From NCBI GenBank assembly GCA_032718475.1, contig JAUCBJ010006311.1, positions 1 to 34,066 of the forward strand: DNA of 34,066 bases. The letters are read 5' to 3'. The notes beneath the pieces are model-generated. The model saw only the letters and a list, made by a program, of their open reading frames with translations, was not told the DNA's origin and searched no databases. Below, piece after piece: positions 17,805-32,468 of the stretch (position 1 is its first letter; the number at the start of each line of letters is the position of its first letter). The stretch is from Nemertoderma westbladi (taxonomy: Eukaryota > Animalia > Xenacoelomorpha). Position numbers and translations under genes: made by a program.

Positions 17805-20552
17805 TTAACTAATTGATTATCAGAAAGTTTTAAGAATCTTTTCTGTTTATGTTATCGGGATATTCTTTATATTTGTAGTATCCCATACTATGTCTGTCTA
17901 TCAGTAGTTGAGTTTAGTAGCCTAGACCTCTGTGAGAGTAAAGCTCGAGATAATTTCTTATCTATTCCATAGATCCAATTGGCAAACATGGATGAAACTC
18001 CCTCAAGGAAGCCTACTATACGAAATGAGCACAATGATCCCATTTTTGGACAGCCGGAGCTTTTACCAGTTCTGCCTAGTTATAAGGATATATTATCCTA
18101 CAGCCACTTTATTCACCTCATCATCAAAGAGTTAGCATCTAATTACAAGATTTAGCCTGTGTTGTGGCTACAGACCTGCATAATAATATTGGAAGTCATC
18201 ATTCATTCCTACTATTAAACATAAGGTAGTTACAGAGGAGATCATTATTTCCAGGTAAAGCATTGCAATATATAAGAAGAAGGGTAGAAGAAGGGAGAAG
18301 GGAACTGTAAATGCAGTCAAGATGAATACATTCATAAGTAAATCCAATCATAAGTTTGATATTGCAAGCTATAAATGTGATGTACCACCTATACTATGCA
18401 GCTGTCGGTTGGATAATACGGTTCTTATAAATGAGCAGTAATTTTTCAAGCGATGTCAACTGGAAATGTTGTTGATTAACACATCTGATAACAAGAAGCA
18501 TATTTGTTTTGGAAGGAAAAACATAAGTCATCTACTATTCCAATCCTCTGTACTGTGGTTGATGATGATTCAGATGCAGATAATAGTACTGATCCAGAAT
18601 CCTGCAGTTCACATAGCAATTATGCTGATTATCAGAGTAAAGTTCATTCACTCATGAATTTCATAGAAGGGTCAGTGTATGTTTTGTCAAACTCCCATTG
18701 GTAACCTGAGAGTAGACCACTTAGCCATTTTAAAGTCCTTTTAAGGGCTGTTTGAGGAACAATTCAAGAAATTGCTCAGTCAGACCAAAAAATCGCAATT
18801 AAATTTAAATTCATTGGTGGCTTCAAATTCAACAGTAGTAATTGAATCATTAACGAATTAATCTCAATAAATTTAAAATGCAAAAGTTCCCATATCAATC
18901 ATTATCAGCACTTGTGACTATTAGGGACCCTCCTGACAGCATAAATGACAGCACTGCTGTAAGACAGCGAGACAAAATTTGCAGTAAGACAAAATGGTCA
19001 ACACTCAATAATGTAATAGACCTATAAGTCAATATTGCTATTTATTATTCAAACTTATTTGAAACATTCTCTGACAACTTCTCTTATCGTTCTGTGATTA
19101 ATGTTAAAAATGTTTTTACCAGTATTAATATATATACATATCCAGCTAACTTTAAACAATCCCTAATGATATTTCCAACCTTGGCATCAGAAACCGACTC
19201 CAGTGTCTTCTTTTATCACATAGATTCTATGAATGACAAGTAAATTTCAATATTAACAAATTATTTATATTAATACTAATTATTAAATTTAATGTTTAAA
19301 TAAAATTTGATTATACAATTACAAATGCAATAATGCATTTCATGTTAAAATAATCTTATATAGATAATAAGTCATAAATATGTGACAGATTTTACAGCGA
19401 AATTGTATACCTTTCTACCAATTCGAAAGTTAAATTAATTAAAAAAAAATATATATATAATATATTTCTCACATTTATGGTAATAAGAGAAGTTCAGACG
19501 TTTCTAATGAAATCAAGATTTATCGTGATCACTTTATATTATTGTATACCACCATAGGCACAGTAAGAAAAAAACAAATAACCTGGACATATCAATTAGA
19601 AACCAAAATTATTTATTGACTTATACCAAGCAAGAAATTTACTTATGTAGGTTGGTTTGTAAAATGGGAGGGGCGTCATGTCATAATTCGAGTGGTTTAA
19701 TAATTAACATAACGAATTACTTGCCAAGTCTGATTGCACATATTACCTGCAATTGTGCAGTTGTTGTCCCAGCTCAGCAACCTCTTCGATAATCTTTATA
19801 TGTAATTTTGGCATTAAGCCTAACTGAATGGGAGACACCACCAGACTATCCGTGAGACTATCCCGTTTGATACCCATTTCATTTTGCCATCCTCCTTGCT
19901 TTTTCAGCTTATTTAATTAAATGTTGTGTCAACTCTCAATACTGAATTATGTTTAACACAAAACCGTTCAATGTTTACTATCATTTGATTAGTGTACAAG
20001 TTCATCATAATGTCAACATCCTGAATGATTGTACCTATAGCAAAAATAGCAATAGTATAAAAAGTATAAATTAGTATAAATTATACATTCGTTTCAAATT
20101 TTTTGTTTGATTGATTATTGATTCAATTTCATGTGTTATCTGCTAATTTCACTATTATCCAGCTGCGAATTGGTATGTCTGTTGAGTGGAAGTTCCAGAT
20201 AGTAAACTGTCTCGAGAAAAACCAACAGCCTTTGGATCTGTAATGTACTGAAGATGATGGGTTCATAGTGTTTCTGACATAGTGTTTCTGATAGTGTTTG
20301 GTAACTTAAACGATTTTTCACTGTTCACTTATGATTTCTCATTTTCAAATGTAGGCAAATATATCCCTGTACTGGCATTTGCAACCCAAGCTATTAAATT
20401 GTCAACATAATTAGCCTTGTTCAATTGCCTTTTATCAATCTAAGGTACAATGATCTGGAACTATTGGACATTTGTAACAATACATGATGCTGAAATTGCA
20501 AAGATCGCATATGATGTTCAAGTTTATAGAATTTATACTAATGCATGAAATG

Positions 20553-20905
20553 ATCTGCCACATGATCCAAGAATTGCTCTGCCACCAGATCCTTCTACTA
20601 TGGCATCAGATCCAAGCGCTAATTTTCCACCAGATCCCATCCATGAACTGATAAGCAACATGTTCCAAGAATTGCTCTACCAGCTGATCTTATACTATGC
20701 CATATCATTCTGATGTGCCACCAGATCCTTCTGCAATAGCATCAGATCATTCTAATCTGCCACCAGATCCTTCTACTATGCATCAGATCCAAGCGCTAAT
20801 TTTCCACCAGATCCCATCCATGAACTGATTAAGCAACATGTTCCAAGAATTGCTCTACCAGCTGATCTTATACTATGCCATATCATTCTAATCTGCCACC
20901 AGATG
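20553..20905. repeat. Compound tandem repeat (GCCACCAGATCC subunits, ~179-bp higher-order duplication)
   Basis: GCCACCAGAT at 20581, 20717, 20759 and 20895; CCAAGAATTGCTCT three times. Confidence 0.85.
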
Positions 20906-21419
20906 CCTCTCCTGAGCCATGGATATGATGCATTTGGAAAATCCCTTTCCATTCGCTTTCAAATGACTCATTCGCGTTTTATAAATAGTTATAATAAATA
21001 AATAGTTTTATAAATATTTATGGAATGAAACGATGTTGTTGTTTTGAAGTTTTCACCCGACCTCTTCTTGTACCTTTTAATGAAAACGTTGGTAAAATGG
21101 GCAAGCTCCTCCATAGTCAACTCGGGTAGGTCTATTTACCTCCATATTTTAACTCCTGCTGTAATATTTATTTTTCACCATTCATTTTCACCACATTTTT
21201 GGATGATAAAATATATAAAAACAAATTGTATATAATTATCTCTCTGGAACCTCTGTCTGGGAAAGTTGTTCACTTCGATATTGAAAACTACCAAACATAA
21301 TGTAATTCCAAAATGTATCATTCAGGTATAGAAATTTTCATTTTCCTATGTAGATAATTAAGAAAATTAAAGACATACTATTAAACTATTTATATTGAAT
21401 GGGATGGGAGAATCTTTTA

Positions 21420-21591
21420 AGTTCCCAAGTGGCCTTGGTTCTCATTTATCGACGAGTTAAGGATGAAAGACAGGGTTGGGCTAGGCTGCAGCATTTAAAG
21501 CAGTGGGCTCAAACAGTGCTGCCCCATCTAGGGATCGAACCAGTGCCTCCTGATTGGAAGCCCAGGAATGTCACCACTAGACCAAGCTGAC
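21420..21591 (-). mobile_element. tRNA-derived SINE (Gly-TCC-like head) with Nin-like conserved body
   Basis: Minus strand has A box TGGTCTAGTGG, loop CTTCCAA and B box GGTTCGATCC; plus strand GGTTCTCATTTATCGAC...AAGGATGAAAG resembles the Nin domain as I recall it. Confidence 0.7.
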
Positions 21592-24588
21592 GTTTGATTG
21601 CTGATTGCTAAATAACTTATATTAAAGAATGTACACCTCGGATTTATATTATTTAATATTTATTAAGTTGAATTCACAGTTCAACCATATGTGTGTCATT
21701 TACAGTCAATGAGCGTAAATTGCCAAGAATAAAATGATATTTACAAGTGGATCACAGATGTGCATCGCTGTCCCACTGGTCCCACTGGTCCCTCATTGAC
21801 ATGCCGATATGAAACTCTTACCCTCACATTATACTACTAATTAAGTGGAAGAAAACCATTAAATGCATATACCCCGTATTTCCAGATAGGGGGGGGGGGG
21901 GGGGGGGGGGGGGGGTTGTTCCACTTCCTCACCACTTGTATGTTGTAGTTCCTACATCATCATAAAGGATATGATGTAGTATGGTGTACGAAATGAGGAG
22001 AATTTGATAGCAAATCAGGGGTAATTCACAGGATTAACTTGCTGCATCTATTGACATTTTGATGCATCATCATATTATTGATGCATCCTGAGTGATTTCA
22101 GAGTCCTTACCACTTAGATTATATTCCAAGGAAATATCGAAGTTGATTATGTCATTGGAGATATCAATATTAATAAAAGTACATATATCAAAGGAATGAT
22201 GAACTGTCATTAGTTGAATGCCGCCAATAGGCTACCCCATTCTGTTAATCATTCCTGTAACAAAGCGACATGCTGAAAATGGAGTAGGGGAATAAAATAT
22301 ATTTGGGAAAAAATCGAAGGCAGGAGAATAAGAAGATATAAGTTTGAAGTGGGAGAGTAATCAGTCCTTTATTATATATCTAATCTAAATATTTAATCGC
22401 AAATTTTAAAGTAAAATATTGACTAACTGAAAGCATTTTGTGGGGCATTTAGCAACATGAAGGCTTTTAATGATAAAAGCGCAGCAGTAGGGACCTGCCT
22501 GGTTAAGTAGCCAATTACCCAAATGGAACGGATGCACAAGGTATCAGTGGGGGATCAATGGTTCCATCAACCCCCTGCTCCCATCCCTATCCATCACCAT
22601 TGGTTAAACTGGATGAAGGTAGCAGTGGGAAACGAGAAACTGTAGTTACTCCAACTATGGTTAATTGATCTCGCCATTTTCATTTCATATAACAGTGCAT
22701 TTTTACAGTATATCATCAGTCTAAACGCATCGAACTTTGATTCTATTTAATCTATATTGTCATTTACACTTTATGCTCCTTCATGTGAATATTAGCTTCT
22801 GCTGTGTGCAGACTTCAAAGTGCACAGTTTGCCTGCAATGTATTTGTGTACTATACCAGTTACAGTTTACATGATTAAATTTTATTCAATGTTTAATTAT
22901 TTATATTTTATTCTAGGGTTTACTATGGAAGATCATCCATGGCGATGGCAGTGATCATAGCTTAATAAGACTAATACATACGATTCTTCCCATTCAAAAT
23001 TTATTACATTTCATTTTTTATTACATTACAATTATTACATTTTAGTGATTGGTACGTACATAGTACATAAATACACTGCACTGCACAGCAGACTACTGCA
23101 CATCGATTGCGACTACTTAAGTATAGTATAGCATACGTATGTGAGATAAACTGGAATTTTATATATATAAAAATATAGTTCTAGTATGAATACACACTCA
23201 ATTTCAAATAAATTAAATTAGAAGTTGCATGGTATGTATGTAAAATCAAAATTAATATTGGTAGTTGAATGACCGATCAGATAGGAAGGATTTGTGCAAG
23301 AGACTCTCTTAAGTTTCTAGTATTATCTTAGTAGATATCAGTACTCCAGATACCAGATATGTAGATCAAAAGCTAGAGTCATTTTAATATTTATTACTAA
23401 GTTTATAATAGTAAGAATGGAAACGCCCAAGGCATTTGATATCATCCTCATAAACATCCCAGAGAGAAAGCATCATGTTAAATTATTCCCTAAACATTCA
23501 CCAAGAAGAAAGGGATTGTGACACCACACTGTATTATTATCCATGTTTTGAGCCTATTATTATTAGCAATTGGTCGTCTAGCTTATGATTGCATACGGAT
23601 ACATACTTTTGAGTACAGGCCCTGTGAGTTAACACTGCGAGTAGTATGAAGTCCTCCACCTGAGTTACTATCTAATTGACCAATAGCAGTCAACCATAAA
23701 TCATGTTTCTCTTGAAAAAGCTTCTCAATTCCCTGTTTCATTATTAGTTACAGCAGTTTGTGGAATTGCACGTTCATTAACTACTTCAAAGGTGAAATTT
23801 TCTAACAACTATTTCAGTTAATTGTGACAATATTAATTGTAGTTATATTTTGACATTCAGTTTCATTTTGTATTATTTGTATACATTAAGTCAGGAAGTA
23901 TTGTATTATGCGATTATAAATAATTAAACCAGATTGTTCTTTTTTGTTACCTGGCCGGTAATTAATAGCACAATTTAATATACAATCTCCCGAAAATAGT
24001 TTGTAATGGTATCTCCTTTTAAAATGAAAGGTATCTCCTTAAAGCTCAAAATAGTATATTATATAAATATGATTACTATTCCTCGAAAATACGGATTAAA
24101 AAGTTGGACAAAATAATTATTTATTACATGGGCAAAATTAAAACTTTTTTCCTTATTCTAGAGGAATTTTATTTACCTAGTGCCCGCAGCGCCAGCAAGG
24201 TTGATAAAGGGTCGAGAGAATGTTGAAAAAATGTTCTATATTGGTTCCCCATGTAATACGTAATTTTATTCTTAAATTGGTACTTTTTTGTTGCTAAATT
24301 CTTTAATAAAAGATAAAGCGATATTATAGTGTTACAAAATAAATTGAACTGTAGTATTTTACTAAATTGCTTCCATAGTTACGGCGATTCAACTTATTGT
24401 ACTTTTCATCATAAGATGCAGCCTTACTCAATGTTATATAATTTAGTGTTCTCGAGTATTTATTATTCCATATAATAAATAGAGATCCGCTTAACTACAT
24501 AAATCATATTGGATATTGAGTTCCTTATTGGTGTATGTCTTCAGACACTAAAGTTGCAATAATTTTTCAAACTAGTTGTTACCAAGGT

Positions 24589-24858
24589 CTTTCGCCGTGA
24601 GGACCGGCCAGTGCATAATCTTGTACTTTGGCAGCCTTTATGGAGTGAATAAGCATGGTGTGGACAGCCCATGACTTTCTTGAGACGCATCTTAAAGGAC
24701 ACTGGCCTTGAAGATGCGGATGATCTAGCAAATGTCATGGGTGATAGGGAGTTATGGCGGCGCAATTTTGTCGACAAGTTGGCACAGCATTCTTAATATA
24801 TATGTAATAAATATATAATGCAGCTGCAATGCAGCATGCTGATCGTAGTAGTAGTAGA
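24589..24858 (+). mobile_element. Severely 5'-truncated copy of the RTE LINE 3' end with (TAG)n tail
   Basis: Near-identical to 27211-27450; ends GTAGTAGTAGTAG. Confidence 0.9.
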
Positions 24859-25480
24859 TGTTTCCTTTTTAGTATGTACCGTTCCTAGAAGTTTTTCAGG
24901 TAGGCTTATTAATTGTCGCGCCTAATTCAGTTCTAGTACTGAGTACAGTACGGTAAACAGTAATGAACTAAGTTCATTTGGAAATTGTTCCATTGTGCTA
25001 ATTAGTACGTAGTTTATAACCATAACAACGTGTGCAATAAGGGTCGGTTGGAGTTTAGTCCAGTGATAGAGAGTATTTGTTCCGGTCCAGTACCAATATA
25101 TAAATTCAGAAATCAGCAAAATGTGCCGTAAAGGCCTAGTGCAGTACTGTACATACAGATACAAACATTCTACCAATAGTTGACCAGCTGGTGGAAACTG
25201 AAACTGAATGATGAGTGTGAAGAGGTTATGCTGTTTTTCCCGAGGAGAGGTGGCAACACTAAACAGACGGCATTCCTCAATGATTCATGAGTTTAACATA
25301 TTTGGAATCCTTGCAATGACATATTATTTACATCAGACGAAGAAATAGCTATAAGGAGGTACCTTATATCTAGAACTTAATAACAAAGATTAAAAGATAA
25401 ATAAAATTATTTATTCCTGGGAAAAATGTTTTCACGATGTATTTTATTTCCTGAGGTTAATAAAGAGTAGATAATACTCT

Positions 25481-27449
25481 ATCTTAGCATAGCTGCAGAA
25501 ACAGTTACTGTATACCCTCGAAACAGGAAAAGGGCCCCCTGGACTGACAACAAAAATCAGAAGTGCCGAAATGGCCTTCATAAGGCGCAGAAAGAGTCCC
25601 GACTCAAACAGACTACAGCGGCCAAGAATGCAGTTAAGGCTGCATCTAGGTCCCTGAACAGGCAGTACTCTGTTAATCTACAGGAGCTAATAAACCAACA
25701 GGTTGATGCCATCAATGATGCTGACGACAGCAGGCAATCATCCCAGGCATGGAAATCGGTCAATTTGATTACTGGGCGGAAAAGCCAACCAACCACCAAG
25801 GTTAAGGCTGAATCACCAGCCGATTGCCTCAATGGTTGGAAAGCCCACTTTGAAAACCTCCTCAATAATGACAGGGTATTGCCTGATAACTTTATAGAAG
25901 TAAAAGTGTCTGAGTCTGTACTCCCAGATATTCCCATTGGCGATATCTCCTTTGCAGAAGTGTTGCTGCTGCAAAGAGCATTAAGACCAATCGTGCCAGA
26001 CATTTACCGAACAACAAGAGTCCCACAAGAAATGAAAACAAATAAGTTGGTGCCAGTTCCCAAGAAGGGCAACCTAACACTCTATGGTTCTTTTCGGGGA
26101 ATCTCATTGATCTCGATTGCTGCAAAGCTATACAATAGGATTCTATTAAATCGCATCAGGGATCCCATTGAGAGACTGCTCCGTGGAAATCAGAATGGGT
26201 TCCGTAAAGGTCGTGGGACCATGGAGCCCATTTTGGCACTTAGAAGGATAATTGAAGAATTATCAAAAAAGAAAGACAGGCATCTGGCTGTTATCTTTGT
26301 TGACTTCTTCAAGGCCTTTGATTCAGTCTCTCGCTCACGTATGTTCAGCATACTTTCATTATATGGGATTCCTGATGAAATTATTGCAGCAATCAGATCA
26401 GTATACGATGGTTCGACAACATTTGTGTCTACTGTTGACGGTAACACAGAACCATTTGAAGTGTTATGGGGCGTCCTCCAAGGAGACACACTTGCACCAT
26501 TCTTGTTCATTATTGTGGTTGACTATGTTCTACGCATGTCCTTAGATCATCATAATGATGATGGGGTGATGATAACTCCACCTACTGGCTCCAGAAGTCG
26601 AGGAATCCTGCCAAGTACCTAACTGATCTAGACTTTGCTGATGACTTAGGAGTACTCTCAGAATCATTAGAGGGAGCCCAACGGCTCCTCAGCTCATTAG
26701 AACATGCTGCTACTAGTGTTGGTCTTTTTATTAACTCCAGAAAGACCAAAATTTTGACAGTTAACTTTGAAAGTCCTCAGCAAGTCTCTGATCGGATGAG
26801 CATAAGCTCAAAGGATGGTATGCTTGAGCATGTGGACGACTTCTGTTACCTGGGATCATGGATCTGGAAGTCAGGTGAGGACCTTCGAATACGTAAGGGA
26901 AAGGCATGGGCAGCCTTGAATAGGCTTTCCAGGATTTGGAAGCCACCGAGAATTAATCGGAAACTTAAGGTCCGATTATTTAGAGCAGCAGTAGTCCCAT
27001 TACTCCTCTATGGGAGTCCATGCCGGGCTCTAACTGCTGAGGACACCAAATCTCTGGATGGCACATTCACAAGAATGCTACGCCGGGTTCATTGTGTCAA
27101 GTACAATGCACATATCTCCAAACAGACACACTATATAACGTTGGAGGTGTCTCATTGGTTCCCCCAAGCTTGACACTAGAACAAAATCGCCTCCGCTTTG
27201 CAGGACATTGCTTTCGCCGTGAGGACCAGCCAGTGCATAATCTTGTACTTTGGCAGCCTCATGGAGTGAATAAGCATGGTGGACAGCCCATGACTTTCTT
27301 GAGACGCATCTTAAAGGACACTGGCCTTGAAGATGCGGATGATCTAGCAAATGTCATGGGTGATAGGGAGTTGTGGCGGTGCAATTTTGTTGACAAGCCG
27401 GCACAGCATTCTTAAAAATGCAGCTGCAATGCAGCATGCCGATCCTAGT
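25481..27449 (+). mobile_element. 5'-truncated RTE-clade non-LTR retrotransposon, frameshifted RT pseudogene
   Basis: QNGFRKGR, FVDFFKAFDSV, GVLQGDTLAPFLF, DLDFADD (FADD at 26634-26645, after a frameshift), FCYLGS, RLRFAGHCFR; 15-bp TSD AGTAGATAATACTCT at 25466-25480 and 27450-27464. Confidence 0.92.
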
Positions 27450-28074
27450 AGTAGATAATACTCTTTATCTTTATGTTGTAAGTAGTGAGCAGCTCAACTA
27501 CATAAAACCAAAACTAAACGGTGGAAGGATTTTGCCCAAGTGACGTGCATTGCATACCTTATCTACATCGATTCTATTTCAGCACATGAATAAAATTAAT
27601 GGAATCAATTGTAATAAAAAATAACGAACTAAATGAAGCCGAAAATAAATAATATTTTTCGGATTTTAAAAAACTTTAAAAAAAGTTACTCCCCTTCTCA
27701 TTACGATTTGGAAAAAATTGGGAGGGCAGGGGACTGGATGTCACTGCATTGGAGGGGACTGGAACTGGGTCACACCGATTGTATATCCCAGGCCATGATA
27801 TATTCGTTATTATATTTACATTGTATTATTAATAGCCGCATAATGTGAATCTTTAAGTTTTTGACTATCATTGTATTAAAATACATGACCTATTGTATAT
27901 TTGATCCTCTCGAAAATATTACATAATATTGATTGACCATATATATAATAGATATAATAGATCTATATTTGTTTCTATGGTACTCACTCAGTATTGAGTA
28001 ACTATTGAGTAACATATTATTAATTGATTTAATAATGAAATATACATTTCCAAGAAACACTTTAACTTGAAGAC

Positions 28075-28746
28075 ATGAATCATTCAGCATCAGATAATTT
28101 TGATATTCTCTCTGAGAATGGACAACCACCCGGCAATAATGATGCAGCAGTAAATATAGTCAGCAAGGTAGCAACCAGGAAGGAAGGTGTATTTGCAATT
28201 GATGATTCGGGAGTACAAGCTATTCTACCCAAGTTACTGCGAGTCAGATATGCAAATCCTGACATGGAGACCCTGTATCAATGCTATTTCAGCCGACGAA
28301 GGGAAGATACAATGTGTGTGTTACTATTGTGCGTTGTTGTTATCAATATCGGCTCCATGGTAATGTACTCAAATGCTGATCAATATGTTATCCACTTCAT
28401 CCCAGCAATTGTTTTTCAAAGCTTTGGTGTTATAGTTAATATCTCGCTGGCTACTCTTACTAAATTTAGAATTGTTCCTGATTGGATTATATCTATAATA
28501 ATCCCACCAATAGCATGGTCATCCATGCTGATACAGATTCTTCTACACATTAACTTTCTATACGGCAGCCCCATAATGGTCAGTGATGGAGTCAGTTTAA
28601 TTGTCTTCCTTATTTATGGCACATTCATTGGCATACCTTATGGAATTGTGTCACTAATTATACTATCTGTATTGGCTGGCCTATGTCAAATTCTGATGGT
28701 GGGTTTGCTGACAACTGCCAATCAGAGGTATTATGTCACAAATCAG
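28075..28746 (+). CDS. ADCY3: Adenylate cyclase (type 3-like), N-terminal/first transmembrane cluster exon
   Basis: LPKLLRVRYANPDMETLYQCYFSRRREDT resembles the ADCY3 N-terminal motif, followed by hydrophobic helices; phase-0 donor CAG|GTGAGT at 28746/28747. Start codon is not certain. Confidence 0.85.
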
Positions 28747-29485
28747 GTGAGTGGTGCTACACTATTTACTTGTAATATAATAATTGTATTGTTGTATTAT
28801 ATGTAGTTTATTACTTATTACTATTTAGTACACAATACAGTACAGTACACTATCACTTTCATGTGTACAGTAAAATTGCCAAATTTATTGATCAACTGGA
28901 ATGGTACAAATATTATTGCTGTGTTGCTTTTTTTTATCTGTGAGTCTGGCTGGCTTCAGAGTAAAGTAGTGTTGTTTATAAATTGGCTAATGTGTATACG
29001 TACAGTATGTAGCATGAGTTGTGTATCATATATTTTGTTGAGTTTATTGTTCAACTAGAACATTTATTTGTTATGGTTGCTTACGATAATAATAATAAAT
29101 AAATAACGAAATTGTGGCGATGGAAAATTCTCGCCCTTTGGGCCTTAATAAATCAGATAACTGGACGATAACCAAACGGAACTGGACGAAATGAAAATTT
29201 ATCCCTCTCCGGGGGAAATTGGACGCTAATAATAGCTGATTACTCTCTAAACTAAATAAAACTGTAACCTATGTTCTATTGTGTTTAGTTAATTTTTTTT
29301 TAAAATAATGTGTGCCACTGTGACATGCTACTTCCCCTGAATTGAGAATTTAACATTGAGGCGGGATATTAATTCGCTTCGAGTCCCCCCCACCCCCTGT
29401 CTCCAATAAATAAGTGATAGCTGCCCGACTGATTGGTCCATATATTATTGGAATATGCTGTAGTCAGTCACTACCGGTCAATACC

Positions 29486-30356
29486 AATTTCATTTCATTT
29501 AATATGTAATGTATATAATATATATTTAACCTCCACCAAAAATGCACGCAAGGATAGAAATATAGGGAATATTATGTAGGTAGATGTTAGTTAGAAGGAT
29601 ATGCCAGATAGCCAATGCTAGTGTTGGGATCCCCAGAGAGTAGGAGAGATGAATACAGTTAGTAGTTGTATGAGTGATTACAGTAGGTAGAATGGTCAGT
29701 GTGGGTCCCTGATATTAGTTTAGTTAGTGAGAAGAAGAGAATAAATATGCGTTAGTTATTTAAAATCTTATTCAGCTTAAAGATAAAGGATTACCTGTTA
29801 TGTGTACAACGGATAGAGTTCGGTAAGGAATTCAACAGGACAGGTCCCTGGTATTGGATTCCACGTTGGGCTACTAGGAAGCGCCTGTAGGGAACATATA
29901 ATGATGAACATGAGGAAGATCGAGTAGAGTGATGATAACCGAAATATGGACGATAATTGGGGGGAGCGGTTCCTTTTGAAACATCATACATGAAGCTAGC
30001 TAATTTAAACTTGTATATCTGTGTGAGAAGGAGGATGGATAGGCTTTTGTAAATGAGAGTAGCGGGAGTTCTACTGTCAGAAAAAGTGATACCCCTAATT
30101 ATTTTATTTACTGAAATTATAATCGGACGTAAGTAAGAATCATGTGTGTTACCCCAAATTAGTAAGCCATAGTAAATGTATGGGTGAATAAGTGAGTAAT
30201 ATAGCATTCTAAGGACGGATTGCAGGAATATGTGTCTGAGTTTAAAAAATAAGCCGATGGTTCTGGACAGATTTTTGGATACGTGAAGGGTATGAGCTTT
30301 CCAGGATAATTTGTCAATAATTAGGATGCCAAGATATTTTGTGGCAGAAACGCGTT
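29486..30356 (-). mobile_element. CR1/L2-group LINE 3' fragment in the adenylate cyclase intron
   Basis: KYLGILIIDKLSWKAH...LYYSLIHPYIYYGLLIWGNT...IQYQGPVLLNSLP RT C-terminal pattern; short (TGAAA)n tail near 29486-29497. Confidence 0.8.
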
Positions 30357-31648
30357 ATATTATTATTCTGCTACATTGCTACCTCTACTGCCCTATTTAT
30401 ATCCTTACGGGACCTTGTTGTTTCCGTTTGTACATCTATTTATAAAATATAATAATATGTTTGCTTGATTATTACACTTTCTATATTTATAATACTGAAT
30501 ATATTGGACATTAATTGGCGCTGCAATATATTAGGGTTTCGCAGCTTCACCCACCCACCTATTGTATCTCAGGCCTTTAGGGCTCGTTCGCATATTATAT
30601 AACGCACAATAGGAGGGTGGGGTAGTATGCTGGTTCCAGTGTTATTTATATAACAAAGGAAACTTTCAGTTTCATGATTAATAAAGTACATATTTATTCA
30701 GTACCTGCGTACGAAAAATTGATAAACGAACTAAATATAAATTCAAAATTCACAAACTCATTAATACAAATATTTAATTGATTGTTTGATAGAACGATGA
30801 ATATAATGATCAATCAAAAATAAATATTATATTACGATTACAATGACGATGTGTCATATGAAACGTATAAATAAAAGGATAAAAATAAATATAAATAATA
30901 TAATATATATATTTTTTTATGATATAATTTCCTACCTTTTTATTACCTTGAAATACATTGGCTTATTTTCCTAAAACTTCCTGTAGCTTGTGCCAATACT
31001 ATAGTCATGGTTATGCTAATTCGTTTGATTTCTGGTATTTGTGCATACTGATTGTTTCATTAGAAACACCACATATCCGTGTATGTAAGCAGGGTTTATA
31101 TAAACATTGTTTTTTCAACAACAAGTGCTTTTTTATATGTATTTGTTATATATAATTTAAAAATAAATAATGTATATAATGTGAATTATAATATTATAGA
31201 AATAAACTTCCAACCGACGCGTGCACAATCCGGCTTTACAATTAATTATTTTAACATATATTGAATTAGTTCTTTAATTACCAAACATGTGGTCATTGGT
31301 GATATTTCAACCTAATTTTGTAAGAGAGATACTTCTGTGTCTTTTTAGGCCTCCGGAGAATAATTATGAACTCTTTGGCGAATTTGGGCCCATTCTCACA
31401 TTATTAGGATGTAATGGACACTCATTCTGGAAATATTAGCTGCATTTGTTCATATACATATACTATAGACAACAACAGTAACTATATATCTTATTTGTAA
31501 TATAATAAATACAATGTAAAATATCACAATTTTTAAATTTTAAATTAAATAAATACTAAAAACATAAATTTAATAATAAATGATAAATAAATACCAATAA
31601 TATAATAAATAATATTTAACACTATTACTATTTATTTATTTTTTACAG

Positions 31649-31852
31649 TGTGGAGCAAACTTTCTCATTTACATGTGTGCTATCATTATGGGCATTGTAA
31701 GCTTGCTTCTTATGGATCAACGCCAGCGAAAAGCTTTTATCGAGATACGCGCATCTTTACAAGTACAACTGGTTCTTCAGGAACACAGTGCTGAACAAGA
31801 AAGGTTGTTGTTGGCGGTTCTGCCGAAACATGTTGCTGATAGAATCATTGCG
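31649..31852 (+). CDS. ADCY3: Adenylate cyclase next exon (TM6 and helical linker into C1a)
   Basis: Acceptor TTTTTTACAG|TGT; CGANFLIYMCAIIMG...RKAFIEIRASL...QERLLLAVLPKHVAD; donor GCG|GTATGT; phase compatible with the previous exon; gene continues beyond the window. Confidence 0.9.
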
Positions 31853-32294
31853 GTATGTGATGTGGTAATATTATGGGTTGGTGAGTCGTGGGGCAATTGG
31901 ATCACTCAAATTGGCTTTAATTTATCATTTTAGGTGTGATATGAATACAAGTGGTATGTGGAGATAGAGAGTGAATTTTAGGTCAAAGTTGCCACAATTA
32001 GATTGTCTTTATGCTAGCTATAGCTTTTTTATGACGTAATTTAATGGCTTCTGCTCGTTAACATTTTATTTTTATTGTAATGAAATACTTAAGTTGGAAA
32101 ATATCGAAATTATTGAGCACATAAATAAGTAATATAAGCATGTTTCATTAATTATATCACAGACCTAGCTATATAAAATTATTGTTTAATGTTGTAACAA
32201 GTTAGGAAGACTAAATAGCAGCTAGGAACGACCTTATTTTTTTATTTTTTTTTTCCTTGGGGCCAATTTATTGTTTGGTGGGTAAGTATAATTG

Positions 32295-32468
32295 AGGGGA
32301 AATTGTCCTCCGGGGGCAATTATCCAGAGTGCAATAGTTCGGGGGGGCAATTGTCCGGGGGTAAATTGTTCGGGGGGCAATAGTCCTGTGGCAAAAGTCC
32401 GGGGGGCAATAGTCCGGGGGGGGGGGGCAATTCTCCAGAGTGCAATAGTTCGTGGGGGGCAATTGTTC
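32295..32468. repeat. Degenerate GGGGGCAAT(T/A)GT(C/T)C tandem array
   Basis: About 10 units of 15-16 bp; typical of MITE internal repeats. Confidence 0.85.

Noticed and set aside
17900-18720. Possible decayed SWIM/transposase-like coding remnant
   Set aside because: Multiple stops and no convincing motif spacing
21515-21591. Functional tRNA-Gly gene
   Set aside because: Acceptor stem pairs poorly and the head runs into a SINE-like body
22917-23052. Possible upstream exon of the adenylate cyclase gene (strong TTTTATTCTAG acceptor)
   Set aside because: No open frame linking to the next exon and an uncertain donor; needs RNA data
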